Source: Macrostomum lignano (lineage: Eukaryota). Taken from it: 64,000 nt of DNA. A program made the position numbers and the translations under genes. Positions 27,701 to 39,700 of the stretch are shown here, piece after piece. Each line of letters begins with the position of its first letter. Position 1 is the first letter of the stretch. Below the pieces are notes generated by a model. It saw nothing but the letters and a program-made list of their open reading frames with translations, was not told the DNA's origin and searched no databases. The DNA lies in contig NIVC01001613.1 of the NCBI GenBank assembly GCA_002269645.1, forward strand, positions 56,788-120,787, in the 5' to 3' direction.

Positions 27701-30307
27701 AACACCAATGAAAACACTGAAAACAACAAACAACACAACAAAGAAAACATTGAAAACAACAAGCACAACAAAAAACACGCTGAAAACAACAAACGACACA
27801 CCAATGAAAACACTGAAAACAACAAACAACACACCAATAAAAACACTGAAAACAACAAACAACACAACAAAGAAAACACTGAAAACAACAAACAAGAAAC
27901 CAAAGAAAACACTGAAAACAACAAACAAGGCACCAAAGAAAACACTAAAAAACACAACAAAGAAAACACTGAAAACAACAAACAAGACACAAAAGAAAAC
28001 ACTAAAAAAACACAACAATGAAAACACTGAAAACAACAAACAACACCAATGAAAACACTGAAAACAACAAACAACACAACAAAGAAAACATTGAAAACAA
28101 CAAGCACAACAAAAAACACGCTGAAAACAACAAACGACACACCAATGAAAACACTGAAAACAACAAACAACACACCAATAAAAACACTGAAAACAACAAA
28201 CAACACAACAAAGAAAACACTGAAAACAACAAACAAGAAACCAAAGAAAACACTGAAAACAACAAACAAGGCACCAAAGAAAACACTAAAAAACACAACA
28301 AAGAAAACACTGAAAACAACAAACAAGACACAAAAGAAAACACTAAAAAACACAACAAAGAAAACACTGAAAACAACAAACAAGGCACCAAAGAAAACAC
28401 TAAAAAACACAACAAAGAAAACACTGAAAACAACAAACAAGACACAAAAGAAAACACTAAAAAAACACAACAATGAAAACACTGAAAACAACAAAGAAGA
28501 CACCAAAGAAAACACTGAAAACAACAAACAACACAACAAAGAAAACATTGAAAACAACAAGCACAACAAAAAGCACGCTGAAAACAACAAACGACAAAGA
28601 TATTAAAAAATTCAGCGTGTCTATGTCTTAATATAGATAAATCAAAAAAAATTACAATCGGAATATTTTCCTTGCAGCTACAGGCATAACTATCGCACTT
28701 TATAAAGCTAATCTGTACTGAAATGTTATTCAAGCGTCAGTCAGTATGCGCCGGAGTTGTTATGACACGAGACAAAGGAAGAGAGAAAGGAGAGTCAACA
28801 CAAACGAAATCTTACACGAAAAGACAGTGCATTCAGTGCAAAGCAATATAGATTGGATTGATGGATACCTATTGTATTAAGCCACCGATAGCACAGTCAA
28901 TGACATTTTATCAGCAAACAGATTCTTTCTAATCTTTATATCAATATGTCTGCATTCATGCTATGCTTCAGTGCAAACTCGTTCGATATGATTGCTGGTG
29001 CACTGTACCGGAATAGAGGGAATTAGAGATGTAGACCCTGCAGGGAGCTGGAAATTTGGGATTTGGAAAGCTGGAATTGGGATTTAGGAATCTGGAATCG
29101 GGATTTAGGATTTAGGAATCTGGAATCGGGATTTGGGATTTTGGAATCTTGAATTGGGATTTAGGAATCTAGAATTGGGATTTGGAATTTTGGAATGTGG
29201 ATTTGGGATTTGGGAATCTGGAATTGGGATTTGGGATTTAGGAATCTGGAATTGGGATTTAGGATTTTGAAATCTGAAATTGGGATTTGCGAATCTTGAA
29301 TCCAGATTGGGGATTTGGGAATCTGGAATCGGGATTTGGGGTTTAGGAATCTGGAATTGGGGTTTGAGATTTAGGAATCTGGAACTGGGATTTGGGATTT
29401 GGAAATCTGGAATTGGTATTTGGAAATCTGGAATCGGAATTTGGGATTTGGGAATCTGGAATCGGGATTTGGGGGGATTTGGGAATCTCGAATCGCGATT
29501 TGGGATTTGGGAATCTGGAATTGGTATTTGGGATTTGGGAATCTGAAATTGGGATTTAGGATTTGGGAATCTAGTATTGGGATTTGGGATTTGGGAATCT
29601 AGTATTGGGATTTGGGATTTGGGAAGCTGGAATTGGGATTTGGGAAGCTGGAATTGGGACTTTGGAAGCTGGAATTGGGATTTGGGATTTGGGAAGCTGG
29701 AATTGGGATTTGGGATTTGGGATTTGGGATTTGGGAAGCTGGAATTGGGATTTGGGATTTGGGATTTGGGAAGCTGGAATTGGGATTTGGAAAGCTGGAA
29801 TTGGGATTTGGGAAGCTGGAATTGGGATTTGGGAAGCTGGAATTGGGATTTGGGAAGCTGGAATTGGGATTTGAGAAGCTGGAATTGGGATTTGAGAAGC
29901 TGGAATTGGGATTTGGGAAGCTGGAATTGGGATTTGGGAAGCTGGAATTGGGATTTGGGAAGCTGGAATTGGGATTTGGGAAGCTGGAATTGGGATTTGG
30001 GAAGCTGGAATTGGGATTTGAGAAGCTGGAATTGGGATTTGGGAAGCTGGAATTGGGATTTGGGAAGCTGGAATTGGGATTTGGGAAGCTGGAATTGGGA
30101 TTTGGGAAGCTGGAATTGGGATTTGGGAAGCTGGAATTGGGATTTGGGAAGCTGGAATTGGGATTTGGGAATCGTTTAATCGAGGAATCTGAAGCGAGTA
30201 AAATTACTGGCAATCGCAGCAGCAGACTCAAGAAGAAGCTGCACAGCCATCGTCGGAAACGTCGAGAGGAGGAGTGCGACAGCTGCAGCGGCTTCGGCGG
30301 CGCGATG

Positions 30308-30343
<36 letters not shown>

Positions 30344-32408
30344 CGCTACAGCGCAGGCAGTCGAGAACATCGACGCCAAAGAAGGCAACGTCAGCTGGCG
30401 TCGTCTGTCCAGCAGAGGCGGCCGGTTTCGCTGTCCGAGGATTTTCAAATCGATCGCGAAAGCGGAATCCCGTCTGTAGCGATGGGAGTGGCTGTCACGG
30501 CTGCTGTAATTACCTGTTTGGATGTTGGATGAGATGCAGGAGAGAATGAATTACAGGCAGACAGAAGTACAGACAGAATTACACACAGAATTACGGACAG
30601 ACAGAATTACAGACAGACAGAATTACGGACAGACAGAATTACACACAGACAGAATTACAGACAGACAGAATTACAGACAGACAGAATTACAGACAGACTA
30701 AGTTACAGATAAACAGAATTACAGACAGAACTACAGACAGACGGACAGTATTACAGAGTGAAAGTACAGACAAACAGAAATATACAGACTGAAGTACAAC
30801 CGGTGGAAACTACAGAAAATGTACACACAGCCATAACCCTCTCCCCCTGTCCAGTCCATGGATCACGTGATCGTTGACGTGCCGCCGGGTCAGCCGGTTC
30901 AATCGCCATCGTCAGTTGTGGGCGAGAAGCCACGGCATGCCAGCAGAGAGCCGGGAGCAGTTGACGATGACGTCATAAATTTCCTGCCCGCCAGTCCGCT
31001 GGTGAGCTCGGTAGAGAGCGGCTTTTTGTCGCTCATAGAGGGTGATTTATTCTATCGGTCATAGAGGGTGGCACGAGTACTTATTGACGGTCATAGAGGC
31101 TGATTTCTATTGTCGGTCATAGAGGCTGATTTCTACTGTCGGTCATAGAGGCTGATTTCTACTGTCGGTCATAGAGGCTGATTTCTACTATCGGTCATAG
31201 AGGCTGATTTCTATTGTCGGTCATAGAGGCTGATTTCTACTGTCGGTCATAGAGGCTGATTTCTACTATCGGTCATAGAGGCTGATTTCTATTGTCGGTC
31301 ATAGAGGCTGATTTCTACTGTCGGTCATAGAGGCTGATTTCTACTGTCGGTCATAGAGGCTGATTTCTACTATCGGTCATAGAGGCTGATTTCTACTGTC
31401 GGTCATAGAGGCTGATTTCTACTATCGGTCATAGAGGCTGATTTCTATTGTCGGTCATAGAGGCTGATTTCTATTGTCGGTCATAGAGGCTGATTTCTAT
31501 TGTCGGTCATAGAGGCTGATTTCTATTGTCGGTCATAGAGGCTGATTTCTATTGTCGGTCATAGAGGCTGATTTCTATTGTCGGTCATAGAGGCTGATTT
31601 CTATTGTCGGTCACAAAGGGTGGCACTGGAAATTGGTCATAGGGGTTTGTTTTTACTATTAGTCATAGAGGGTGTTTTTTCGATCAGTCAAAGAGAATGC
31701 TTTTTCCTGTCGCTCATGGAGAATGCCTTTTAATATCGGTCGTTGTCATAGAGGGTGGTTTTCTATTGATCATATGAATGTAGTGTGTGTTTTTTGATCT
31801 GTCCTAGAGGCTGGCTTTGTTTTCGGTCATATAGGGTGGCCTTTTACGCCCGTCAAAAAGTATGTTTTTTATCAGTCATAGATTGGCGGTTTGATCATAG
31901 AGGGTAAATATCAAGTGAATAGCTAATCTGGGAGTATGACGAAAGCTGAATTACCTAATGTGTCACTGAGCAGTTATAATCAATAATTCAGGCTGCTCTA
32001 GCGAGTTCCGGTTGCAGTTCAGCCGGTCCAGCCTCTCCGCTACATCAACAGCAGCAAAATCAATTGTTAACTAAAAGCAATAGCAACAGCAGGCCTACGG
32101 AAGCCACATCAGTCGGGAATCGTTCCAGAATCCCATCGCAAGAATCGCAACGTCAAAGTCGAAACTCTTTCAATCAGAAAAAGCCAACAGCAGCAGCAGC
32201 AGCAGCAGCAGGCACAAGCAGAAGCAATCAGCGACCAAATCAAAGCAGAATTAGACTGCAGCAGCACGCAAACTCGGGACCTTCGCTGAGAAGCCGACTG
32301 CCCGAGCTGCCGAGCATCGGCGGGGCTCTCACAGGTGGTGGCGGCGTCGGGATGGTGGACGGAATCCCCGTTCACTCCCCGGACGATGATCTGGAAGCTT
32401 CACCTTGA
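21653..32408 (+). CDS. Uncharacterised single-pass type I membrane protein, 5 exons, 433 aa
   Basis: Exons 21653-22001, 27456-27558, 30220-30505, 30855-31001 and 31992-32408. All junctions are GT-AG and phase-consistent; total 1302 nt. Signal peptide [21 protein letters not shown], then about 100 aa of ectodomain. TM helix [20 protein letters not shown] is followed by basic [18 protein letters not shown] and a low-complexity cytoplasmic tail. The boundaries of exon 3 are the least certain. Confidence 0.75.
22015..23115. repeat. 45-bp minisatellite (CACCTGACACCCCAGCAGTGCATCCTGACACAGTTCAATGAAGCT)
   Basis: Period of 45 seen at 22561/22606. Begins about 15 nt after the donor at 22002. Confidence 0.95.
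23798..24370. repeat. CT-rich low-complexity tract
   Basis: Polypyrimidine (CTCTT/CTCCC) repeats. Source of the L/S/P-rich and R/E/G-rich pseudo-ORFs. Confidence 0.95.
24708..24762. repeat. (GA)n microsatellite
   Basis: Near-perfect GA run. Confidence 0.95.
25825..25960 (-). mobile_element. CORE-SINE fragment (MIR-like CORE plus tail shared with SINE at 44965-45235)
   Basis: 25899-25960 (CTCATTTTACGGCTGAGTGAACTGAAGCAATGTAGAGTTAAATGTCTTGCTCTAAGACACA) resembles the MIR/CORE consensus as I recall it (CCATTTTACAGATGAGGAAACTGAGGC..AGAGAGGTTAAGTGACTTGCCCAAGGTCACA). 25825-25905 matches 45060-45145. Confidence 0.65.
26660..27428. repeat. G-rich (GGGATT/GGGATCT) degenerate minisatellite
   Basis: Ends about 25 nt before the acceptor at 27455. 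Confidence 0.93.
27645..28600. repeat. A/C-rich (AACAACAAAC..GAAAACACTG) repeat with larger internal duplication
   Basis: Short units plus a block of roughly 340 bp repeated in tandem. Source of the KTLKTTN and ENTENNK pseudo-ORFs. Confidence 0.93.
29050..30172. repeat. 21-bp minisatellite (GGAATTGGGATTTGGGAAGCT)
   Basis: Degenerate at left, homogeneous at right. Intronic. Confidence 0.95.
30545..30765. repeat. Short ACAGACAGAATT-type repeat
   Basis: Tandem copies in intron 30506-30854. Confidence 0.85.
31062..31612. repeat. 26-bp minisatellite (TGTCGGTCATAGAGGCTGATTTCTAT)
   Basis: Period of 26 seen at 31441/31467. Intron 31002-31991. Confidence 0.95.
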
Positions 32409-32499
32409 TGTCAAAACAATGATGATTTTGTATTGGCAACCGTAGACAGAGGATATTAAACAGTTAGAATAAGGTTAGAATTATTCTTTACTGGCGAAA

Positions 32500-33300
32500 A
32501 AGTGGTGTCAGGAGTGGCGCTTAAATCTGTGTCAGGAGTGGCGCTTAAATCTGTGTCAGGTGTGGCGCTTAAATTTGTGTCAGGTGTGGCGCTTAAATTT
32601 GTGTCAGGTGTGGCGCTTAAATTTGTGTCAAGTGTGGCGCTTAAATCAGTGTCAGCTGAAATGGCACTTAAATTTGTGTCAGGTGTGGTGCTTAAATCTG
32701 TGTCAGGTGTGGCGCTTAAATTTGTGTCAGGTGTGGCGCTTAAATTTGTGCCAGGTGTGGCGCTTAAATTTGTGTCAGGTGTGGCGCTTAAATCTGTGTC
32801 AGGTGTGGCGCTTAAATTTGTGTCAGATGTGGCGCTTAAATCTGTGTCAGGTGTGGCGCTTAAATCTGTGTCAGGTGTGGCGCTTAAATTTGTGTCAGGT
32901 GTGGCGCTTAAATTTGTGTCAAGTGTGGCGCTTAAATCAGTGTCAGCTGAAATGGCGCTTAAATTTGTGTCAGGTGTGGCGCTTAAATCTGTGTCAGCTG
33001 AAATGGCGCTTAAATTTGTGTCAGGAGTGGCGCTTAAACTTCTGTCAAGAGTGGCGCTATAGTTCAGGTGTCAGGAGTGGCGCTTAAGTTTGTATCACTT
33101 GTGGCGCTTAAATCAGTGTCAGCTGAAATGGCGCTTTAATTTGTGTCAGGAGTGGCGCTACAGTACAGGTGTCAGGAGCGACGCTATAGTGCAGCTGTCA
33201 GGATTGGCGCTTAAATTTGTATCAAGAGTGGCGCTTAAATTTCTGTCAGAATTGGCGCTTGAATTTATGTCAGGAGTGGCGCTAATGGAAACTGTCAGAA
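32500..33300. repeat. 24-bp minisatellite (GTGTCAGGTGTGGCGCTTAAATCT) just downstream of stop codon
   Basis: Tandem copies. Source of the VSGVALK and WRLNLCQ pseudo-ORFs. Confidence 0.95.
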
Positions 33301-34833
33301 AAGTAGCTATAGTCTGTGTTAGAAAGTGTTAGAGGGGCTGCTGATGTATCAGTAGGAGGGACACTAAATTATGACTGGCACTTTGTAAAACCTTTAAGAA
33401 GTAATATTATTTATGTTATAAGTTCGATTAATATTACTTTGAGTAGAGTATCAGTGTAGTTCAAACCGGTTTCTCGTAATTTATAGTTACAAATACTGAA
33501 TAAAAATGTAAAAAAATCTACACAGGTTGCAGAAGGCACTGTCAATTTGGACGCCCTTCTCAAGACAATTAAAATTGAATGCCACTACTTATCGAGTAGT
33601 CCCTGCTAACCCCTACAATTGCTACACTCCTTACCTTACAAATTTCACAGAATAGTTTTTCGTAAATTTCCTTTTATTTTTTGCCGACGGGGGTTGCCGC
33701 GTCAATCATCAACAAGACCAGGCTCCATTTTTAACTAATCGAAATCATTCTAGAAATGAATCATAAATTATTTTGCATAGAAGCATTATTATATATGTTT
33801 ATAATTAGTAATAGTTTTTGTTTCAACCATATATTAATTCTACTTCTGATGCGCTATATCTTGCATTATACTACTTACAAGATGTCAGTAGAGTGATTTG
33901 TAAATAACTTAACTTTCTTACCTTTCTAACCCTATTATAAATATTTATTTTTTAGTACAAGACTAATTGTTTCCTATGCTGATGTGTTTTGTTTGTCATA
34001 GCCTTTTTTTAATTTTCCGAATACTGGTCAAGTAAATTTATCAATTTAATCGGACAGATTTCCTGTGGAGACAAGCAACTGCACATTCAGTTAAAAATGT
34101 TTAAAAAATGAAGTTAATAATCGGCTGCTAATAAGTAGTAGAATTTTTAATTACCGAAATAACACAATATTTTAAATTAAAATATCATTTATTTGTTTGA
34201 ATTTCGTATCTCTTGTAAATTATGAAAGTTTTAGTTCATATAGCGCGCTTTAGTTTTGTTTAAAATGGATGACTGTTATCAAAGATTTTATTAACCTTTT
34301 TCGGCCAATTCAAATTATGCGGGCCCAAAACTAATCCAATGCACCTTAAATCGGCGAAGTTGCTTGGAAAAATTATGAGTTCCGTGAAAATATATGGGTT
34401 CTCGCAAGGAAATCACTCTGAAAGGTCTTTAGTTTAGCCATTCGTCAGTATCTCATGAAGCCGGAAAAAACTCTAGAAGAAATGGGATTGAGAAAACTTC
34501 ACTTTCTTCTCAGTTTCACTTGGGTAATTTCTGAATTGGAAATACTACTGTATATTTACCTATCTTCCTCCTCGGTCGATTGACCGCCCAAATCCGAGAA
34601 TGGAGAGGATCTTCAGGCGGGGATCTGTGTGGGGCAGCTATAGATAGATAAATGGAGGCCAAGAATTACCGAGTCGTATTAAATGAGCCACTCAAAAAAC
34701 GCCAAACGTGCGAAAGAATTAAGTGAACCGTTGCAATTAGGGAATGAGGGAGGCAAACACTTCTTCAAATTGTAGGAATAAAGAAGCTACGTGTGGAGAC
34801 AGTTACAGTAGATCAACTCTTGTATTCTATATA

Positions 34834-36200
34834 ACAACAACAACAAAATACGCGGCCCCGCAATCAAACTCACAGAGCAGGGTGCGTCAGATGGTGCGCC
34901 GCAGAGCCTGGGAGCGAATGAAGTCCGCTCCGTTGGCAATATCGGGCGCCCCAGCGTCGCACAGCAGGCAGTCCACGTATCGACGGGTTCGGGCCTGACC
35001 CCGCCTCAGCGGGCCCTGCAAGGTGAGCAGCAGGACGTCCTGAACAGGTTGGGGGGCAGTAGCCCTCGGCCCAGATCACGTGGCCCGCCAGTTGAAGTCA
35101 CCGCCGGCGCAGGATGATGGACGGGCGCTGCAGCTTGGCCCAATCGTACAGGGCCTCGGTCCCGACGCTCTCGTCAGCTCGAAAGGTCGCACGGAGCAGC
35201 CCTGGGTGCGCCGAGTTCAGCTGCCGCTCCAGCGTAGCCGTCAGCGTCCACGTCTCGGCGTTGTATAGCAGGACGGTTTCGACCACCGCCTGCCACAGCC
35301 GAGCCCTCTGGCGGTCGGGCAGCGCTTCGGACTGGACGACGGCCCGGATTGAACGGAAGGCCGCCCAGGCGCCGCCGGAGGTCTTCACCCACGTGAGGCA
35401 CCAGACCGCCGAGGTAGGTGAACCGCTGGCAGCGTGCGAGTCTGGTCGTCTGCCCGTCTGCGCCGCGGCACGTCAGGTCCGCTGGGATGTCGGCCGGCAC
35501 AGTCAGCACCTCGGTCTTCAGGTCTGGTTGTCTGGTTGTTGACAACCAGACCGACGCTCGATGCCACCTCGACCAACCTGTCGATCTGGCGCTGGGCACC
35601 TTCAACGGACGAGGACAGGAGGGCGAGGTCGTCGGCGTAGCCAAGCACGCTTAGGCGCTTTTCTCCGTGGCGGCGACCGATGCGTCTGGGCAGCAGGAAG
35701 CCGTCGTTAGCCGAGGGGAGTGCAGTCCGAAGCACCCAGTCCAGGAGCAGCACGAAGAGGAACGGCGCAAGAGTGTCACCCTGCAGAACTCCTGATGAAG
35801 TGTCGAACAGGTCAGACAGGCCGTCCGCCGTCACCACAGCAGCTCGAGTATCGCAATACAGCGCCATGACAGCGTCAATTAGCTGCTGGGGTATCCGGTA
35901 GACTCGAAGGACAAAGTAAAGCGCGGCTCTCAACACCGAGTCAAACGCCTTTCGAAAGTCAACGAAGACAATGATCAGCATAGACTGGTGAATGCGCGCC
36001 TCCTCGATGACACGGCGGAGTGCGAGGATCTGTGTCACTGTACCGCGTTGCCGCCGGAATCCGTTCTGCTCGTACCGCAGGTACGGGTCCAGCACCGACT
36101 GCAGACGATCGATCAGCAGCCGGTTGAAGAGCTTCGCGGTGCCGGACATCAGCGAGATCCCGCGGTGGTCTTCTTTCCGCGTTGTCCCTGCCTTCTTCGG
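34834..36200 (-). mobile_element. 5'-truncated, frameshifted non-LTR retrotransposon (RTE-type LINE), reverse transcriptase plus 3' end
   Basis: RT motifs PKK..HRGISLMS, EQNGFR, FVDFRKAFDSV, GVLQGDTLAPFLF and YADD. Post-RT RTE-like motifs FTYLGG, ETVLLYNAETWTLT and RRLQLAGHV. At least two frameshifts, including an 8-bp AACCAGAC duplication near 35535. (TTG)n tail. TATATA on both flanks (34828-34833 and 36201-36206). Confidence 0.9.
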
Positions 36201-36785
36201 TATATAGATCGATTGATAATTGTGCTCGCTAAATTCAAATGATTAATTTATAATTGTGCTTGATCAATTTCATTGTTAGACTAAATTATGATTTACCAAT
36301 ATCATATATTAAGTTGAATTGAGACAATCTTGATTGATCAGTTTTAGTGATTGATTGATTGATAATTGCGCTTGATCATTATTATTTATTGATTGACATA
36401 TGCTTGATCAACATCAATTATTGATAGGTCAATTTGTCCTATATTGATCAAATGATACCAACATGGGCAGTACGTGACAGTCGAGGAGTTTACAGACGAC
36501 GAAAGTACTTATTGACTGTGTAAAAGAAATTTTCAAAAAATAAGAAACGACATTATATTATTAAAGTTTTTTGGTTTCCAATCCAGACGCGACACGAATA
36601 TATACTTAGTTGTCCTTGGCTCGGTCAGGATGCCCCTTTATTTCTCGCGGCGCATGCAAGAGCTGCTATTGGCTAAAAGGCATCAAACGCTATAATTAAG
36701 AAATTCTGTCAGGATAGTAAATAAAGGGCCAAATTCAATGACGTCTACTTGAAGTCTGCAGTCTGCTCAAAATAGCTTTTCAAAT

Positions 36786-39700
36786 ATGCCCGACAATTTC
36801 CACTATGAGAAATGGCTAACCGCCGGTCTCATGACCATAGTCATTGCTATGACCATTTGCGGCAATGCCCTGGTCATTCTGGCCGTGCTCACGTCGCGTC
36901 TTCTGCGTCAAGCGCAGAATTTCCTGATCGTTAGTCTGGCCTGCGCAGACATGGCTGTTGGCATCCTGGTACTGCCTCTGCAAGTGAAGCTGTACGTCAC
37001 TGATGAAGAGTGGTTGCTACCCTGGATGCTGTGCGCCGCGTTCACTACATCTGATATATTCTTTTGCACGGCGAGTATTCTAAACCTAGCCGGCATAGCA
37101 GTGGACAGGTATTGCGCTATCAAGTACCCCATTGCCTACGCCACCAAGAGAACAACAACCACAGTGCTATTAATGATTTTTGCAATTTTCTTCTTCAGCG
37201 GACTAATTAGCATTGGTCCGACACTTAGTTGGAACTCGGCGAATAAAGAATATCCTACGGTTAATACTACTATTAATACTATTGATAATATTAATAATAT
37301 TACGGAAATTTTAATGGAAAAATGCAAATTACCAGAACAGAAAGGCTATGTGTTCTTCAGCGCTATGGGAAGTTTTTATATACCGGCTGTGATAATCATA
37401 TCGCTCTACATCAGCATCTTCTTTGCTCTGCGACGCCGGCTGCAGAAGAGGGCGGCTGCGTCTGCTGCGCATCGAATTAACCAGCTTCATCAGGCTGCTC
37501 AGGTGAGCAAGAAAATTAAATTATACATTCTGAATTCAAATCGATCTAATCTCAAATCGTCTGATCTAATCTCAAATCGTCCGAATCTAATCTCAAATCG
37601 TCTGAATCTAATTTCAAATCGTCTGATCTAATCTCAAATCAGCTGATCTAATCTCAAATCATCTGAATCTAATCTCAAATCATCTGAATCTAATCTCAAA
37701 TCGTCTGATCTAATCTCAAATCGTCTGAATCTAATCTCAAATCGTCTGAATCTAATCTCAAATCGTCTGATCTAATCTCAAATCGGCTGATCTAATCTCA
37801 AATCGGCTGATCTAATCTCAAATCAGCTGATCTAATCTCAGATCGCCTGACCTAATCTCAAATCAGCTGATCTAATCTCAGATCGTCTAAATCTAATCTC
37901 AAATCGTCTGAATCTAATCTCAGATCGCCTGACCTAATCTCAAATCAGCTGATCTAATCTCAGATCGTCTAAATCTAATCTCAAATCGTCTGATCTAATC
38001 TCAAATCGGCTGATCTAATCTCAAATCGGCTGATCTAATCTCAAATCAGCTGATCTAATCTCAGATCGCCTGACCTAATCTCAAATCAGCTGATCTAATC
38101 TCAGATCGTCTAAATCTAATCTCAAATCGTCTGAATCTAATCTCAAATCGTCTGATCTAATCTCAAATCGGCTGATCTAATCTCAAATCGGCTGATCTAA
38201 TCTCAAATCGGCTGATCTAATCTCAAATCGGCTGATCTAATCTCAAATCGGCTGATCTAATCTCAAATCGGCTGATCTAATCTCAAATCGGCTGATCTAA
38301 TCTCAAATCAGCAGATCTAATCTCAGATCGCCTGACCTAATCTCAAATCAGCTGATCTAATCTCAGATCGTCTAAATCTAATCTCAAATCGTCTGAATCT
38401 AATCTCAAATCGTCTAATCAATTTATTAGAGTCGCATATCTAATCAAGCTTTAGACATGTATTATATAGATTTAATCTTTCGACTCGTGTATCTATAATC
38501 TCTAAACTCGTATATCTAATCTCTAGACTCGTATATCTAATCTCTAGACTCGTATATCTAATCTCTAGACTCGTATATCTAATCTCTAGACTCGTATATC
38601 TAATCTCTAGACTCGTATATCTAATCTCTAGACTCGTATATCTAATCTCTAGACTCGTATATCTAATCTCTAGACTCGTATATCTAATCTCTAGACTCGT
38701 ATATCTAATCTCTAGACTCGTATGTATAAGTTAAAATTAGAAATTAGAGTTAAAAATAATTTAGAAAGAGAAAGAAATTCCATAGGAAGTCTGCTGCCCA
38801 ATGCCCTATTCTCTTCTTGTTTCAATGACATGGTTGAATTGAAATCTTTACAGGAAATCTTACAGTGAGCAATCCAATCCACTTGTTATTTTTGGTAATC
38901 CCTGACCCTGACTAAAAAGCAGAGAAAGTTTTGACTCGTTTCTGAACAATCTCATTAGCAAAAATCTGAGCACGCAGTGATATGCAAAGTTTTACTTTCA
39001 AGGCTTTGATTTCTCAGCCAGTAAATATCGTCGATTGATATTTTTTATTGCTTTATAATTTTGCATAGAAATGTTTTGGATTAAGGAATTCCTCAACGAT
39101 TATCTACAATGTAATTGCTTCAGAAATCGCGCGTTTGCCGTTATCTCACCTTGATAATCTCACCCTGCTAATCTCACCCTGCTAATCTCACCTTGATAAT
39201 CTCAACCTGATGATCTTATTACCCTGATAATCTCACCTTGATATCTCACCTTGATCATCTCACATTTATAATCTCACCTTGATCATCTCAACCTGATAAT
39301 CTTATTACCTTGATAATCTCACCCTGGTAATCTTGCGCTGAGAATCTCACTTTGAAAATCTCAACCTCGGATTTTGACCCAAAGAATTTCATCCTGGAAA
39401 TCTCAACACTGAAAAATTTCACCCTGCGAGTTTATATTAAATCCTAGAATTCTACAAGCCGCAAGAGCTGGCACGCAATTGACTAAATTCATCGGTTTCT
39501 TAGCAACAGAAACCTAAACAAAAAACCAAGCAAAAACAGACGAAGATTAAGATTAGCATAGCTGCCTTCCTGTCGATGTATCTGATGGCTTTAGTCTAGA
39601 AATAATACAATATCAGAGCCAAGTCTTCACTAACTGAAACAGGAAACTATCAGATATTATACCTGTCAATCATTTTATATGCTCGTAAGTAAGCACACGA

